Below, in pieces: positions 13,497 through 25,800 of a stretch of DNA of 64,000 nucleotides. Origin of the DNA: Octopus vulgaris. Its lineage: Eukaryota. Within the stretch, counting starts at the first letter, position 1; each line of letters starts with the position of its first letter. The notes under the pieces are model-generated. The model saw only the letters and a list, made by a program, of their open reading frames with translations, made no database searches and was not told the DNA's origin. The stretch covers positions 64,542,001-64,606,000 of the forward strand of contig OX597823.1 in NCBI GenBank assembly GCA_951406725.2, read 5' to 3'. A program made the translations under genes and the position numbers.

Positions 13497-13566
13497 CAAC
13501 TTATGATACACACGGACTCGAGTTTCGAGGTATTGACCTCTCGTCAGCATGTGACAATCATAGTTG
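13497..13566 (-). ncRNA. Type I hammerhead ribozyme, copy 2
   Basis: Same as copy 1 except CACAUG in stem I (a U-G wobble keeps pairing). Predicted cut between 13515 and 13514, 353 nt from the copy 1 site. Confidence 0.92.
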
Positions 13567-14254
13567 TCGCCGAGAATTAGATCTCCTTCACAAATACTTA
13601 TACTTTTTCCAGCGTCCACTGTCGCTGATATTGAAAAAGTGAAATCAAACAATGATAAATATCAATGTGAGTTATATACAGTAGCGGTAACACAACGTGA
13701 CGTATTTTTGCCATTTCAATATGGCTAACCCCTGTGTATCTGTGTGTATATATATTTAGTTTTGTTCTCTTTGTGATTATTTATTTAAAATTAAAATCAG
13801 ATTTTCATTTAATGACAGAACTAAATCCAATTAATCAAAAGCATATAATGAGATAAAAAAGATAATTCAAGTAGACCAATAGTGTGAATTTAGGTAGATC
13901 AGTTAAGGAAGTAATGTGCAGAATGATGATTGCAAAGAACTCTAAATTAATATTATTTTTCCTTTAACTTCAAGAAAGAAAACAAAAAATCTTAGCAATA
14001 AATCTTAGCATCTTTGAAAGTAAAGTGGTGTTAATTCCAAAATGTTGAAAATTAATTTCACAGAATTAATTCAAATGCTTTGAGGAAAATCTCATCTTCG
14101 TTTGCAGGTAAAGAGTGGGGTTACAACTAGATACATGTTTTGGCATTATTGGGCCTCATCAGCATGGCATAGTCAAACACAAACCTGTTTGGTCAGTCCA
14201 AAAGTATTTTCACTCTTTCATTTTGCATTCATCTTTCCATGTTATTATATTTGT

Positions 14255-14468
14255 TTCTTTATAACCCACAAGGGGCTAAACATAGAGGGGACAAACAAGG
14301 ACAGACAAACGGATTAAGCCGATTACATCGACCCCAGTGCGTAACTGGTACTTAATTTATCGATCCCGAAAGGACGAAAGGCAAAGTCGACCTCGGCGGA
14401 ATTTGAACTACGAAATACAGCTATGCATTTCGCCCGGTGTGCTAACAGTTCTGCCAGCTTGCCGCCTT
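14255..14468 (-). mobile_element. SINE family B, young copy
   Basis: Reverse complement ggcggcaagctggcagaac...gaggtcgactttgcctttc... Confidence 0.85.
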
Positions 14469-15574
14469 TAATGTGTTACCAGATGGTTTCTTGACAAATA
14501 AATGTGACAACGTTGTCTGTAGCTCAGCAGTTCTTCACATAGTTGCAGAATATACACATTCACACAAACATACTCATATCTGCATACACACACACACACA
14601 ACAGTGACCTATAACAATTTGCATATGTAAAAATAAAAATGCAAAATATTGACCAAAACTCTGTAAATATTTTTCTAGATGATAATGATGATGGTGATGA
14701 TGATGATAATAATCACCACCACCACCACCACCACCACCACCACCACCACCACCACCACCACCACCATCACCATCATCATCATCAGCAGCAGCAGCAACTG
14801 TATTTCCCATGCTGGCATAGGTTGATAGGATTTTTATAGTCTGATTTTTTATTTCTTGTTGGGAGCTGCTGTTCTCATAAACTAGTACTTCTGCATGTCT
14901 TTTGGTTTGGTTTCTACAGTTGGATGGTTTTCCTGTCACCAACCACCCTACAGAGTGTACTGGGTGCATTTTCTTATGACGTCAACACTAGCTAGGTTAA
15001 ATAGTCTTCACTGTGACAGGACTAAAGCGTCCTCACAACACTACTCTTCCATCTGTTCATTTCTCTGTAACTTTCTTTGTTCATCAGCAAACTATCTTAA
15101 AATTGATATTAAGGACATTTTTCATATCACCAGCATCAGAGATGTTGCCTTTCTCACTAATCACTACTCCTGAGAATGGAGTAGAATTCTTAGGTTGGGT
15201 TATCATTATTATCAACATTTTGTGACCACTTCTTATGCTGGCATGAAATAGATGGGCTATCATGGCCAAAGTAGTTTTTAATTTTGTGTAGCTACTCTCA
15301 TAAACTAGTGCTCATATATGTCATCTGGCTGGATGCTCTTCCGATCTCCAACCACTTTACAGAGTGTGCTGGATGCATCTTCTTATGACACAAACACTAG
15401 AGTACTCTGTAATCTAAGGCATGTAAACTGAGGAGGAGAATAGAAGATGAAACAATGACAGAAGAATGGCCCGAAATAGAGTTTTGAGGTTAACAGTGGT
15501 GTGAGTTTCGAGAGTGTGCATTAGCATAGGGCTTGTACGTTTACTCCTCCTCTTTCTCTTTCTTTCCTGTTTCC

Positions 15575-15742
15575 TTTGTACTCTTTACTTGTTTCAGTTA
15601 ATTGACTGCGGCCATGCTGAAGCACTGCTTGAAGGGTTTTAGATGAACAAATTGACCCCATGATCTATTATTTTTTTAAAGACTGCTACTTATTCTAATG
15701 GTCTCTTTTGCTGGACCACTTAGCTATTGGGGGACAAACACA

Positions 15743-15789
<47 letters not shown>

Positions 15790-16100
15790 GCGCACATACA
15801 TATGATGGGCTTCTTTCAGTTTCTGTCCTCCATATCCTCTCACAATGCCTTGTCAAGTGATGTTGGCGGGACAAACACAGATACACAAACATACACACAC
15901 ACACACCCATAAATATAATATATATATATACACATATATACGACGGGCTTCTTTCAGTTTCCGTCTACCAAATCCACTCACAAGGCTTTGGTCAACCTGA
16001 GGCTACAGTAGAAGACACTTGCCCAAGGTGTCACACAGTGGGACTGAACCCAGAACCATGTGGTTTGGAAGCAAGTTTCTTACCACAGCCACACCTTCGC
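15575..16100 (-). mobile_element. SINE family A (composite copy)
   Basis: Reverse complement of family A, with a duplicated internal segment. Confidence 0.8.
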
Positions 16101-17001
16101 TTTGTAGATCACTTTCCTAATCTTAAAATCTCAGTGAGTAACCAAGTATGCTGAAGCTTTGCGATGCTCTCTCAGCAAGTTCCAGAATGAATAAATCTTG
16201 TCTCTAGCTGTCATTTTCCATGCAAATGAAGGTCAGATTTTCCTCTAAATTTGGAAATTAATTTTATGCAATCAATTCTCCAATTTCTGTGAATTATCTT
16301 CCCTTTTTCAGTTTCAGAGTCACTAATGATTACTACTTGATTTATTTTGTTTTGCTTTTTTTGTTTTCTTTCTCTAACTAAATGGAAGATTTCAATAGAA
16401 ATTTCTTTTGATTCCTTTCCTTTACATTTCTTTTAGTTCTTTTTGTCTGTGTCATTCAGTCAATTGCTGCTTACCTTATTTAATCTCCATAGTACACCAT
16501 GGATTAGGAAATAGTGTCAACAGAAGACTCTAAAAATTTTTCTACACAAAAATAATCTCTTACATGTGACACCTTAAAGTACAAAACAAAAAATGATAAA
16601 AAAATAAGATAATACTAAAAAAAAATAAATTTTATTGTGATTGTGTGAGATGTCGTGAAGAAATGATTTATAACCAAATTAAGCTAGTGTAGTAGTTAGA
16701 TACTGTTATTTAGTTATTTATAATTATTCCTTTGTTTGTTTATACCATTGTGAGATAAATAATGTTGAAGCATGAAGAAAAAGTTTCTCTGAGTAGTAGT
16801 GGGAGGAGGGGGTAACTCTTCTTAATACAGAAAAGTGCATTTGTGTAAAAGTTGCCTTTAAGCGTTAAGTAGTGACTTCTGAAAGATTAAGGTATTTTTT
16901 GGTTTTTAAGGAAACGAACATGAATAGCACCCAAACATTCACACACACAAATTTTTATAATACGTGGGTGTATGTGAGCATGCACGCACATGTGTTTGTG
17001 A

Positions 17002-17052
<51 letters not shown>

Positions 17053-17170
17053 TGCTGTATGTGTGAGTGCGTGTTTGCATGCACGAGGATGTTGAGTATA
17101 TATATGTGTGGTTATAGGTTTTATTCTAACAGCTTATAAAATTATGAAGTAAAAAGAGAGACCTTCTTAA

Positions 17171-17390
17171 CCCTTTTGTTACCAACCCGGCTGAAACCAG
17201 CTCTGGTTCTGAGTACAAATGTCTTGTTTTCATAAGTTTTGAATTAAAATCTTCCACCAAACCTTAGTCACAATTTATGTCCCTAACACAAGCTTAATGA
17301 TAACGATGTTATTTTACTTAATTTTTTGTTATATTTAAAATAATTAGAAGAAACACAGAGCATCTCAAAATAAATACAGTAACGAAAGGG
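17171..17390. mobile_element. piggyBac-type MITE
   Basis: TTAA TSD on both sides; TIR cccttttgttac / gtaacgaaaggg. Confidence 0.85.
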
Positions 17391-18399
17391 TTAAACTTAA
17401 AAGTGAATGTTTTAACTTACTATGAATATTATTAGGAAGAGAAACTGCAAAAATTAGGTATTATAAAATTAATATTGAGCTATTTTAGTGTAATATTTGT
17501 TCCAAAAATACAAGTTTCATTTTCGAAAATATATTTTTTATGATAAAGATGTAAACATTCAAAGGTATTATTAAAATGAAATTTAGCTTGTATTTAAATA
17601 CAATATTTACGACATTTGTATTTTAATTAAACTTTCAATTTAAGCTAATTAAAAGTAAAACATACTTTAACGAAAATTGTTTGTGTTACTAGGGGTAAAG
17701 AACAAACAATATATTTATTAGAGAAAAAAATAAATGACCACATGAAATCTCATTTATTTTTTAGATGAAATGAAGGACCAAGTGAAACATGTCTCTTACT
17801 GATAGGTGTAGGCTTAGCTGTGTGGTTAAGAAGCCTGCTTTACAACTATGTGATTTCAGGTTCAGTCCCATTGTGCAGCACTTTGGGCAAGTGTTTTCTA
17901 CTCTAGTCCATAGTTGACCAAAACCTTATGAGTCAATTTAACGCTAAGACTGACCTTGCCTGTGCTGGTGCCACGTAAAAAGCACTCAGCCCACTCTACA
18001 GGTTGGTTGGTGTTAGGAAGGGCATCCAGCTGTAAAAATCATGTCAAAAGTGACCTCACTTGTGCTAGTGCCAGATAAAAAGCATTTGGCCCACTCTACA
18101 AAGGGATTGGGTTTAAAGAAGGGCATTCAGCCATAAAAACCATGCTGAAATAGACACAGAATGTATGGCGCAAGCCCCTGCCTGGCCAGCTCCCGTCAAA
18201 CTGTCCAACCCATGTCAGTATGGAAGATGAATGCTAAATGATGATGATGATGATCCATGTTCCTTGATGATACAGTATTATATATAGCAGTTTGTCAAAA
18301 GAGACTGATAGAATAAGTACCAGACTTTAAAAATCAATACTAGGATCAATTTATTCATCTGAACCTTTTTTCTTTCCCCATGAACACCTCTAATTACTG

Positions 18400-19615
18400 T
18401 TAGGTTGTCCAGAAAATTCTGAGCATTTTTTAATATGCAAAAAGGGATATAAATATTTGATCTTTCAATCAATTTTATTCAATGAAATAATTTCCATTAT
18501 TATTAATGACCTTTGCCCATCTATCAGGCAATTTAAATATTCAGTTCTATATTTAAGAGATGAGGAATTATGTGCATTATTTACATTATTTACATTATTT
18601 ACATTCAACGGATATTTGTCCTCATCTTGTTTGTTGTTAACATGTTTTGGCTGATATACTCTCCAGCCTTCTTCAGGTGTCTTGGGGAAATTTGGAACCT
18701 GGGTTCTCATTCCTAAGTTATTTTACAATGTTATTATTATTATTATTCAGGTCACTGCTTGGAATCTACAGAGTTAGTTCTTTGATTTTTTGGTTCAAAT
18801 TAGCCAGTTGATGACAGAACACATCAGAATGATCTGATTTTGTGGGAGAAGCCCATAATAAATAATACCTTTATGATCCCACCAAATGCAAAGCATGGAT
18901 ATTCGTCTTTGGTTGCTGTTTTGGGGGATCCTTCATAAACTCCAGGATCTTTTTTGCCCTGCGTTTTTGTACACAATCCATTTTGTATCTCCAATCACAA
19001 GTTGCTTTAAAAAAGTTTGCTTTCATTGCATTTCAAAAGTATATCACAAACAGAATACTGGTCCAAGCAATTCTTTTCTAAGAGTTTGTGAGGGATCCAT
19101 ACATTATAGCAGAAATGCATCCTAGCTTCACTAAGTGCTCATAAGCCATACTTTTTGAAACTTCTAACTCCTCTGCAAGTTCTCTGGTCATGATATTTGA
19201 GTTCTCTTCAATTTTTGCCTTCATCTAATTTTGAATGTCTTCCACTGTAACTGCCATCTCCCAAATTAAACTCCCCAGCTTTAGATTTTGCAAACCACCT
19301 TCAAACAGTTGATTCACCTACCACATCATCACCATAAACTTCACGAATGTTTTTGCAAGTCTTTGCAGCATTTTCTCCTTTTTAGAGAAAGGAAAGCATT
19401 ATAACATGAATATGAAATTTTTGGTTATCCCTTTTAAATGTCATTAAAGGGTAACCAGAATGAGAAGATATATCTACTTTTAGTCAAGAACAAAGAAGAG
19501 ATGCACTACCTCTTCAAGCAATGTCAAAGTTTTAACTGTGTTACATTGCAGGTGTGTTCAATGAAGCATTAAAAGATTTAGCTTAAAAATACTCAGAACT
19601 TTCTGGACAACCTAA
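18400..19615 (-). mobile_element. Second mariner family copy, decayed
   Basis: TIRs ttaggttgtccagaaaattctgag / ctcagaactttctggacaacctaa. Minus-strand GENAAKTCKNIREVYG, VIGDTKW and MLCIWWDHKGIIY. Confidence 0.85.
18543..18766 (-). mobile_element. Second copy (3' part) of the tRNA-headed hammerhead element, inserted in a mariner
   Basis: Minus strand gacac-CTGAAGA-A-GGCTG(N10)CAGCC-aAAAC and the same tail (aacaacaaacaagatgaggacaaatatc...tctcttaaatatagaac) as 61560-61697. Confidence 0.75.
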
Positions 19616-19769
19616 TATTTTATTCTGGTGGACCTCCAGAGCCATTTGATGCTTAGAAATTAATTTTATTGATACGTCTTTCAAAATTCGTATTTTGTTT
19701 TTTACACATTCTCCCATTTAGGTTTGCAATAGAATTCTGTGAGAGAACATGTTTTAGTGGCTGGAAACA

Positions 19770-20085
19770 TACTCTTTACTCTTTTTACTCTTTTACTTGT
19801 TTCAGTCATTTGACTGTGGCCATGCTGGAGCACCGCCTTTAGTTGAGAAAATCAGTTGTCAAGTGATGTTGGCAGGGACAAACACAGACACACAAACATA
19901 TATACATACATACATATATATATATACATATATATGACGGGCTTCTTTTCAGTTTCTGTCTACCAAATCTACTCACAAGGCTTTGGTCAGCCTGAGGCTA
20001 TAGTAGAAGACACTTGCCCAAGGTGCCATGCAGTGGGACTGAACCCAGAACTATGTGGTTCATAAGCAAGCTACTTACCACACTC
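19770..20085 (-). mobile_element. SINE family A (internally deleted)
   Basis: Reverse-complement head and tail motifs. Confidence 0.8.
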
Positions 20086-20509
20086 TGAGTGAACAATGCA
20101 TCACTCGTTCCAGGAATCGAAGCCACAATCTTATAATCATGGGTCCAACACCCTAAGCACTAAACCACATGCCTCCACTGCTTCTATGTACCCACCCCCC
20201 AATCTTATATGGGTAAATAATTCAGCCATACCCACACATGTGCTTGCACACACAAGCACACACATATGCATATATGTAAATATCAGATATATATTATTAT
20301 GGACATTTGGACATATTTGAGATGTGTAAATTTCCATAAAACTGAACAGAATGTCGGTGGCTGATTGTGAGATAAGAAACTTATGTAAGTATATGATTTA
20401 TGATAGAATTTGACATGATGCCACCAACAAGACCTCTAACAGAAATCTTTTGCTTCATCTCTGTGTATGCATATGTGTATGTGTGTGTGTGTAAATACAC
20501 ACACACACA

Positions 20510-20560
<51 letters not shown>

Positions 20561-20626
20561 GTATCTATGTATCTATGTATCTATGTATCTATCTATCTAT
20601 TTATCTATCTATCTATCCATTTACCT

Positions 20627-20685
<59 letters not shown>

Positions 20686-21039
20686 TTATATATGTACATA
20701 TATATATATGTACACTGTATTAAGCTAAAAGCTACTAATAGTCTCTTGTTATTAAGACATGAGGTTAGGCAGGTTTTTATAATGTGCTTTGTGTCTCCAG
20801 GCTATCTTCAAGCTCTGACCTCATGCTTTGTTATATTTGAAAATCAGTACAATGGTACATGAGAAACAATGAGAAAAACTCGAAGTTTGATGCAGAAAGT
20901 AAAATGAGAAGATAAAGGGTGAATAAAAACGGAAAAAGAAAGGAAATTAGAATTAAAATCTCCTTTGACTGCAGAAATCATAATTAAACTAGTTGTTATA
21001 GAATAACTCAGTGGAGAGGGGTCCAAAGTTTTGAGACAA

Positions 21040-21720
21040 TCACTTAATTTCGGGAGGTGGTGTCCTCCACTTCACCTAAAGGAATTTGTCCATATGCTTG
21101 CATTTGCTGAAAATTTCATATTTGAAATTAAGAAGTGTTGTGGAATTTTTGGATCTAAAAAGAATATGCAATCTTTCAATGGTGCATAAGTTGCATATGT
21201 TAGATCCATTTATATGTTGCTTGGATTTCTCCATGATTCTTCACTTGATATTGTATGTGATGTCTAGTTGGTCTCCAAACCCCATAAATGACAAGCCAAC
21301 TTAATGAATTTACTTTTGTTTATGTGCTGAAAACAAAACTGGTGGTTTGCAAAATAGCTTTTAAAATTGCTTTCACATTAAATATATATAATTTTTCCTT
21401 TCAGTTATGTTCTCTTGAAGCATTGTTGTAATTTCTACCTCATATGTGACAGAGATATCATCATACATGCTTGGTCAAGTGGGCAAACTTCAGAGTTTCA
21501 ATTGTTGCAAATGGGAGTAGGCTCTTCATGAAGTTTACAAGTGATATGAAGCAGAAGTCACAACAACGTTTCAAGATTATGTAACCGAAACAAAAAGTAC
21601 ATCAGTGTATGTGAAAGCAATTTTAAAAAATGTTATACAAACCACCAGTCTTCTTTCAAGCACATTGACAAAAGTAAAGCCCCTAAGTTGGCAAGCCACG
21701 TTCGAAGCATCCTCTAGGCA
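21040..21720 (-). mobile_element. Degenerate Penelope-like retroelement (GIY-YIG endonuclease C-terminus) with an inverted partial copy
   Basis: Minus-strand pieces ESNFKSYFANHQFCFQH..KLACHLW, INGSNICNLCTIERLHILF and LLNFKYEIFSKCKH* resemble the PLE endonuclease end. The + strand at about 21590-21700 carries an inverted copy, KKYISVCESNFKKCYTNHQSSFKH. Confidence 0.65.
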
Positions 21721-22289
21721 GACTGATGGATGCGTGCATTTTGAAATACTTATCTCCTCTTCAGCATCAGACACTTAAAGGGGAAAGCATGACGGACTGA
21801 CCTGAAATAAATCTCTCTTATATTCCAGCTAACATTCAGTGAATGGTTGCACTATTCGGCAGGTCTGCTATAATGAAATACAAAATTGAAGTACTGAGCA
21901 GTGTTGCACTGGCATATTTGAACCAATTAAAATGCCATTCAATGTACTATTTCATGGAGAAAATTTCTTGTTGTAGGTGTAAACACATGAAGTCAATTTT
22001 ATACACACACACACACACGCACATGCACACATACACACATGCACACACAATTTGATTGATAACTTACTTTTACAGCAGAGAATACTTTGCCCCAGCATGG
22101 AAGAAGAAAACATCAATAAATATTTTTCACATTTACATTTCCAGAGAGGGTTTCTAGTGGGAGAATTAGATTTTGTTTTAGATATTTTCATCTTCATAAT
22201 CCTTTCTGTTATAGGCATAAGGCCTGAAACTTTTGGGGCATTAGGCCAGCCAATTACACTGACTTTAGTAATCATTTCTATTTTGTTAT

Positions 22290-22504
22290 CATATCTATTT
22301 TGAGATGCTCTGTGTTTCATTCAATTAATTTTAAATATAACAAAGAATTTAGTAAAATAACTTAGCTCTTATTAAGCTAGTGTTGGAAACATAAATTGTG
22401 ACTAAGGCTTGGTAGAAGATTTTAATTCAATACTTATGAAAGCAAAACATTTGTACTACAGAGCCAGAGGCAGTTTTGGCCCTGTTGATATCAAAAAGGT
22501 TAAC
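22290..22504 (-). mobile_element. Degenerate copy of the piggyBac-type MITE
   Basis: Reverse-complement similarity to 17171-17390. Confidence 0.65.
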
Positions 22505-23514
22505 TGGTGCTTATTTCATCAACCCTGAAAAGATGAACGACAAAGTTGACCTCAGTGGCATTCGAACTCAGAATGTACAGACAGACGAAATACCACAAAG
22601 CATTTAGTCTGTTGTGCTAGTGATTCTGCCAGCATGACACCTTTATTTGCACCTTCATAATATTATAGTTGGAAGGTTGGAAGAATGTTTCCAATATTTG
22701 TAGTGAATACATCAAGGTGTGCAAGGTGTGTCATGAAGATTCATTATCAAAAATGCCATTAATAACATAGTGACACTCTGCTAGAAATTTGTCCAGAATT
22801 ATTTTTACAGGCGTTCTGTAAATCTGGTAACAGCATGGAACCAAGTGTGTGAGAAAATTGGTGTGTACTACTAAGTATATTAATATAATAAGTAAACAGT
22901 GTTTGAATAAATAGAACTGTGGGTAAACTTAGAGCTGTGTATTTTTAGTGAACACATAATTTTAACCTTGCTGTGAACATAAATGGTGTGGCTAGACTAA
23001 TGTATTTCATTTTGTGACCAGGATAAAAGCAGTGGATTGGACAAGTTTCAGTGTATCACATGACCTTGTCAGTGGTTGCAAACTTACCTTATTTAAATTT
23101 TACTAATGTTTGCATTACTATTATGAAAATTAAGACAAAAGAATTTAGTCCTGTCTATATTGTGTATTCTATAAACAGCTATTTGTTAATAGTCTGTCTC
23201 TGGTTGGGAAAGTTAGTAATATATTTTGTGACCTGATGGTAAAAAGCATTGATACTACTACTCATGTTGATCTCTGTTTTCTAGCTTGATTTGGAATGGG
23301 GATGACTGAATTGGACACACTGCTGATAGACTGCATATTTATTAGTGGGTAGGGTAGCTTTATACTTTAAATCTGCTTGAGTCATGATAAGTTATCCTCT
23401 TGTTCTTAGCATCATGGGTAGCCTCCCTAACTTTCTTCTGTATTTCAGTCTGTGGAATATTATGTAAATCTTTATAGACATAGAAGACGGATGGGAGTTC
23501 TGAGCATACCTAGT

Positions 23515-24050
23515 CTGTACTTACTTGTACTTGTGACGGTGTTCACCCAGGGTGGGTTGAGCCGGATTCTTCTCTGGTCCTGACGGCATCATGAACCAAG
23601 GCGACCCACGCTCAATGGTCCTGTGCAAGGTCACTGGAGATAGCAAGCCATTCGCAGTTCCATCTGCGCAGACCGACCACCTGCGGACCTGAGAGTTCGG
23701 AGAGGTCCTCCTTTATCATCATTGCCCAGGTCTTCAGCTGCCCACCTGCGCATTTGCACCAGTTGGGAAGTGGAGGTGGGAGGAGGACATCGCGAATCAG
23801 CTCACCCTCTGGACACCAGGCCACATGACCTAACCACCTTAAGCGCCATTGTAGAAGCACTGAAGGGAGGGGCCAGAGATTCTGGTGATGACAAAGACCA
23901 GCTGTAGGAATCCAATCAATGTGTCGGCAGTGAAGAATGTGGTGGAGACAGCCATTGTCAAACACCTCCAGCCTTCGCTGATTGACTACTCTCATAGGCC
24001 ATGTTTCACAACCATAGAGGAGGATAGTACGAACGACGGCCTGGTCTGTG
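23515..24050 (-). mobile_element. RTE-type LINE 3' fragment of a different family
   Basis: RRLEVFDNGCL..IL...RLRWLGHVA...GGQLKTW...DLAQD, with a short (caagta)-type tail at about 23517-23533. Confidence 0.8.
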
Positions 24051-24787
24051 ATACCGGTTTATATTCTTCTTTATTGTTGTTGTTATTTCATCTCAATTTA
24101 GTTTTGATTAAGCAAACCTATGATGAAATTTATTCTCACCATGAGCTACCTACTCACTCCACCAAGGAATTAAACTAAGAGTTTACATACATGTGAACCC
24201 TTAATTTAATTCCCTTGCAGAATCATCAGCATGACACAACAAATGATAAAGCTCTACCTTTGAATCACAGGTGCAATCCAGTGAAGGGGCCACCACACAG
24301 TTTTAGACTACACAGTTTCACTTACAAAGCTATGGTATTAGAAGACACTCCTTCATGGTTATGAAATAGACCCCTCAAGCACTCAACTATATCATATTCA
24401 CATTAGCAAAATATCAAACATCTTGTATCTAGAGCTATATTAGATAATGTATCCATCACTTAGTAGAGTGTGAATTGCAGAAAATTTGGCTGCTACTTCT
24501 GCTTGGTCAAGTATTCATTTTAAAGGCATTTTCTCATTAGCTCTTAGCATTCTTGATGCTGGTGCCATGTAAAAATTACACAGTGCACTTTGTTAAGTGT
24601 TCGGTGTTAGAAAGGGCATCCAGATGCAGAAATCATACCAAAGCAAACATAGAAACTGGCAGAGCCTTCTGGCTTGTCTGTTCTTGTCGAACCATCACAT
24701 CCATGCTGGCATGGAAAAAGAGATATTAAATGATGATGATGATGCAGCTGATGATGATGATAGCAACAACAATGATGATGACGACAA

Positions 24788-25115
24788 AGAAGAAGAAGAA
24801 GAAGAAGAAGAAGAAGAAGAAGAAGAAGAAGAAGAAAAGGAAGAAGAAAACGAAGAAGAAAAAGAAGAAGAAAAGAAAGAAGAAAAAGAAGAAGAAAACG
24901 AAGAAGAAAAAGAAGAAGAAAAGGAAGAAGAAGAAGAGGAAGAAGAAGAAGAAGAAAAGGAAGGAGGAGAAGGAGGAGAAGAAGAAGAAGAAGAAGAAGA
25001 AGAAGAAGAAGAAGAAGAAGAAGAAAAGGAAGAAGAAAAAGAAGAAAACGAAGAAGAAAACGAAGAAGAAAAAGAAGAAGAAAAGGAAGAAGAAAAGGAA
25101 GAAGAAGAAGAGGAA

Positions 25116-25150
<35 letters not shown>

Positions 25151-25237
25151 AGAAGAAGAAGAAGAAGAAGAAGAAGAAAAGGAAGGAGGAGGAGGAGAAG
25201 AAGAAGAAGAAGAAGAAGAAGAAAGAGGAGAAGAAGG
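24788..25237 (+). repeat. Long (GAA)n-type purine tract, about 450 bp
   Basis: gaa repeats with gaaaag/gaaaac variants. Confidence 0.98.
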
Positions 25238-25589
25238 ATGATGATGATAATAATGATGATGATGATGATATGATACCAGAACTCTTCAGGTGCAGAAAAT
25301 CCTGGTTCACAATGGTAAAACTATTATCTGGGGTTGATGAAGAGTTGAATTTAATCTGAATAAGAAGACAAAGAATAAGTCGAAGAAGAAGAAGAAGAAG
25401 AAGAAGAAGTCTGTCACATTAATTCCAGTCTGTGTTGTAGTTTGGAAAAGTCTGAATGTGAATTGCTGAAGTGTTCATTTCTGTGATAAATTTAACATCA
25501 TGTAAATTCCAACACAGATTTGGTTACGTAAAAAGTTTTAAAGAGTATGTGTGATGCATGTGTGTGTGTGTGAGTGTGTGTGTGTATGT

Positions 25590-25646
<57 letters not shown>

Positions 25647-25698
25647 CATACATATACACAGAACTAAATGAATAATTTTTTGCTTTTTCTCTCTTTAG

Positions 25699-25784
25699 GT
25701 TCCAGTTGTGCATTTACTGTAATCCCACTCAGTATTGAAATCCCAAGCAACAAATCAGCAACAGTGAAAATTATTTTCACTCCT
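25699..25784 (+). CDS. CFAP65: Internal coding exon of CFAP65-like (CCDC108) ciliary ASH/MSP-domain protein
   Basis: Polypyrimidine tract and AG acceptor (ctctttag|gt), GT donor (cct|gtaagt). Open frame (x)SSCAFTVIPLSIEIPSNKSATVKIIFTP, an ASH/PapD-like motif. Ends in phase 0, compatible with the next exon. Confidence 0.8.
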
Positions 25785-25800
25785 GTAAGTAAAAACATGT

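Larger units (their letters stand above)
13002..13733 (-). mobile_element. Retrozyme-like tandem repeat: two ~353-bp units plus a ~30-bp partial unit, each full unit with a hammerhead ribozyme
   Basis: Unit starts at about 13002, 13350 and 13703. Units differ by about 3 substitutions plus a 5-nt difference near the first junction. CpG-rich, and it lies next to a (TA)n tract. Confidence 0.9.

Noticed and set aside
13108-13652. Duplicated 63-aa ORFs (MFDFTFSISA...)
   Set aside because: They overlap the hammerheads, have non-ATG starts and show no recognisable domain. The RNA structure explains the sequence.
13002-13733. Possible CRISPR array, LTR pair or assembly duplication
   Set aside because: No short repeat-spacer pattern, no TG..CA ends or internal region, and the units carry several differences.
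24597-25359. Long poly-E, poly-K and poly-F ORFs
   Set aside because: Translations of the (GAA)n tract; no splice or domain evidence.
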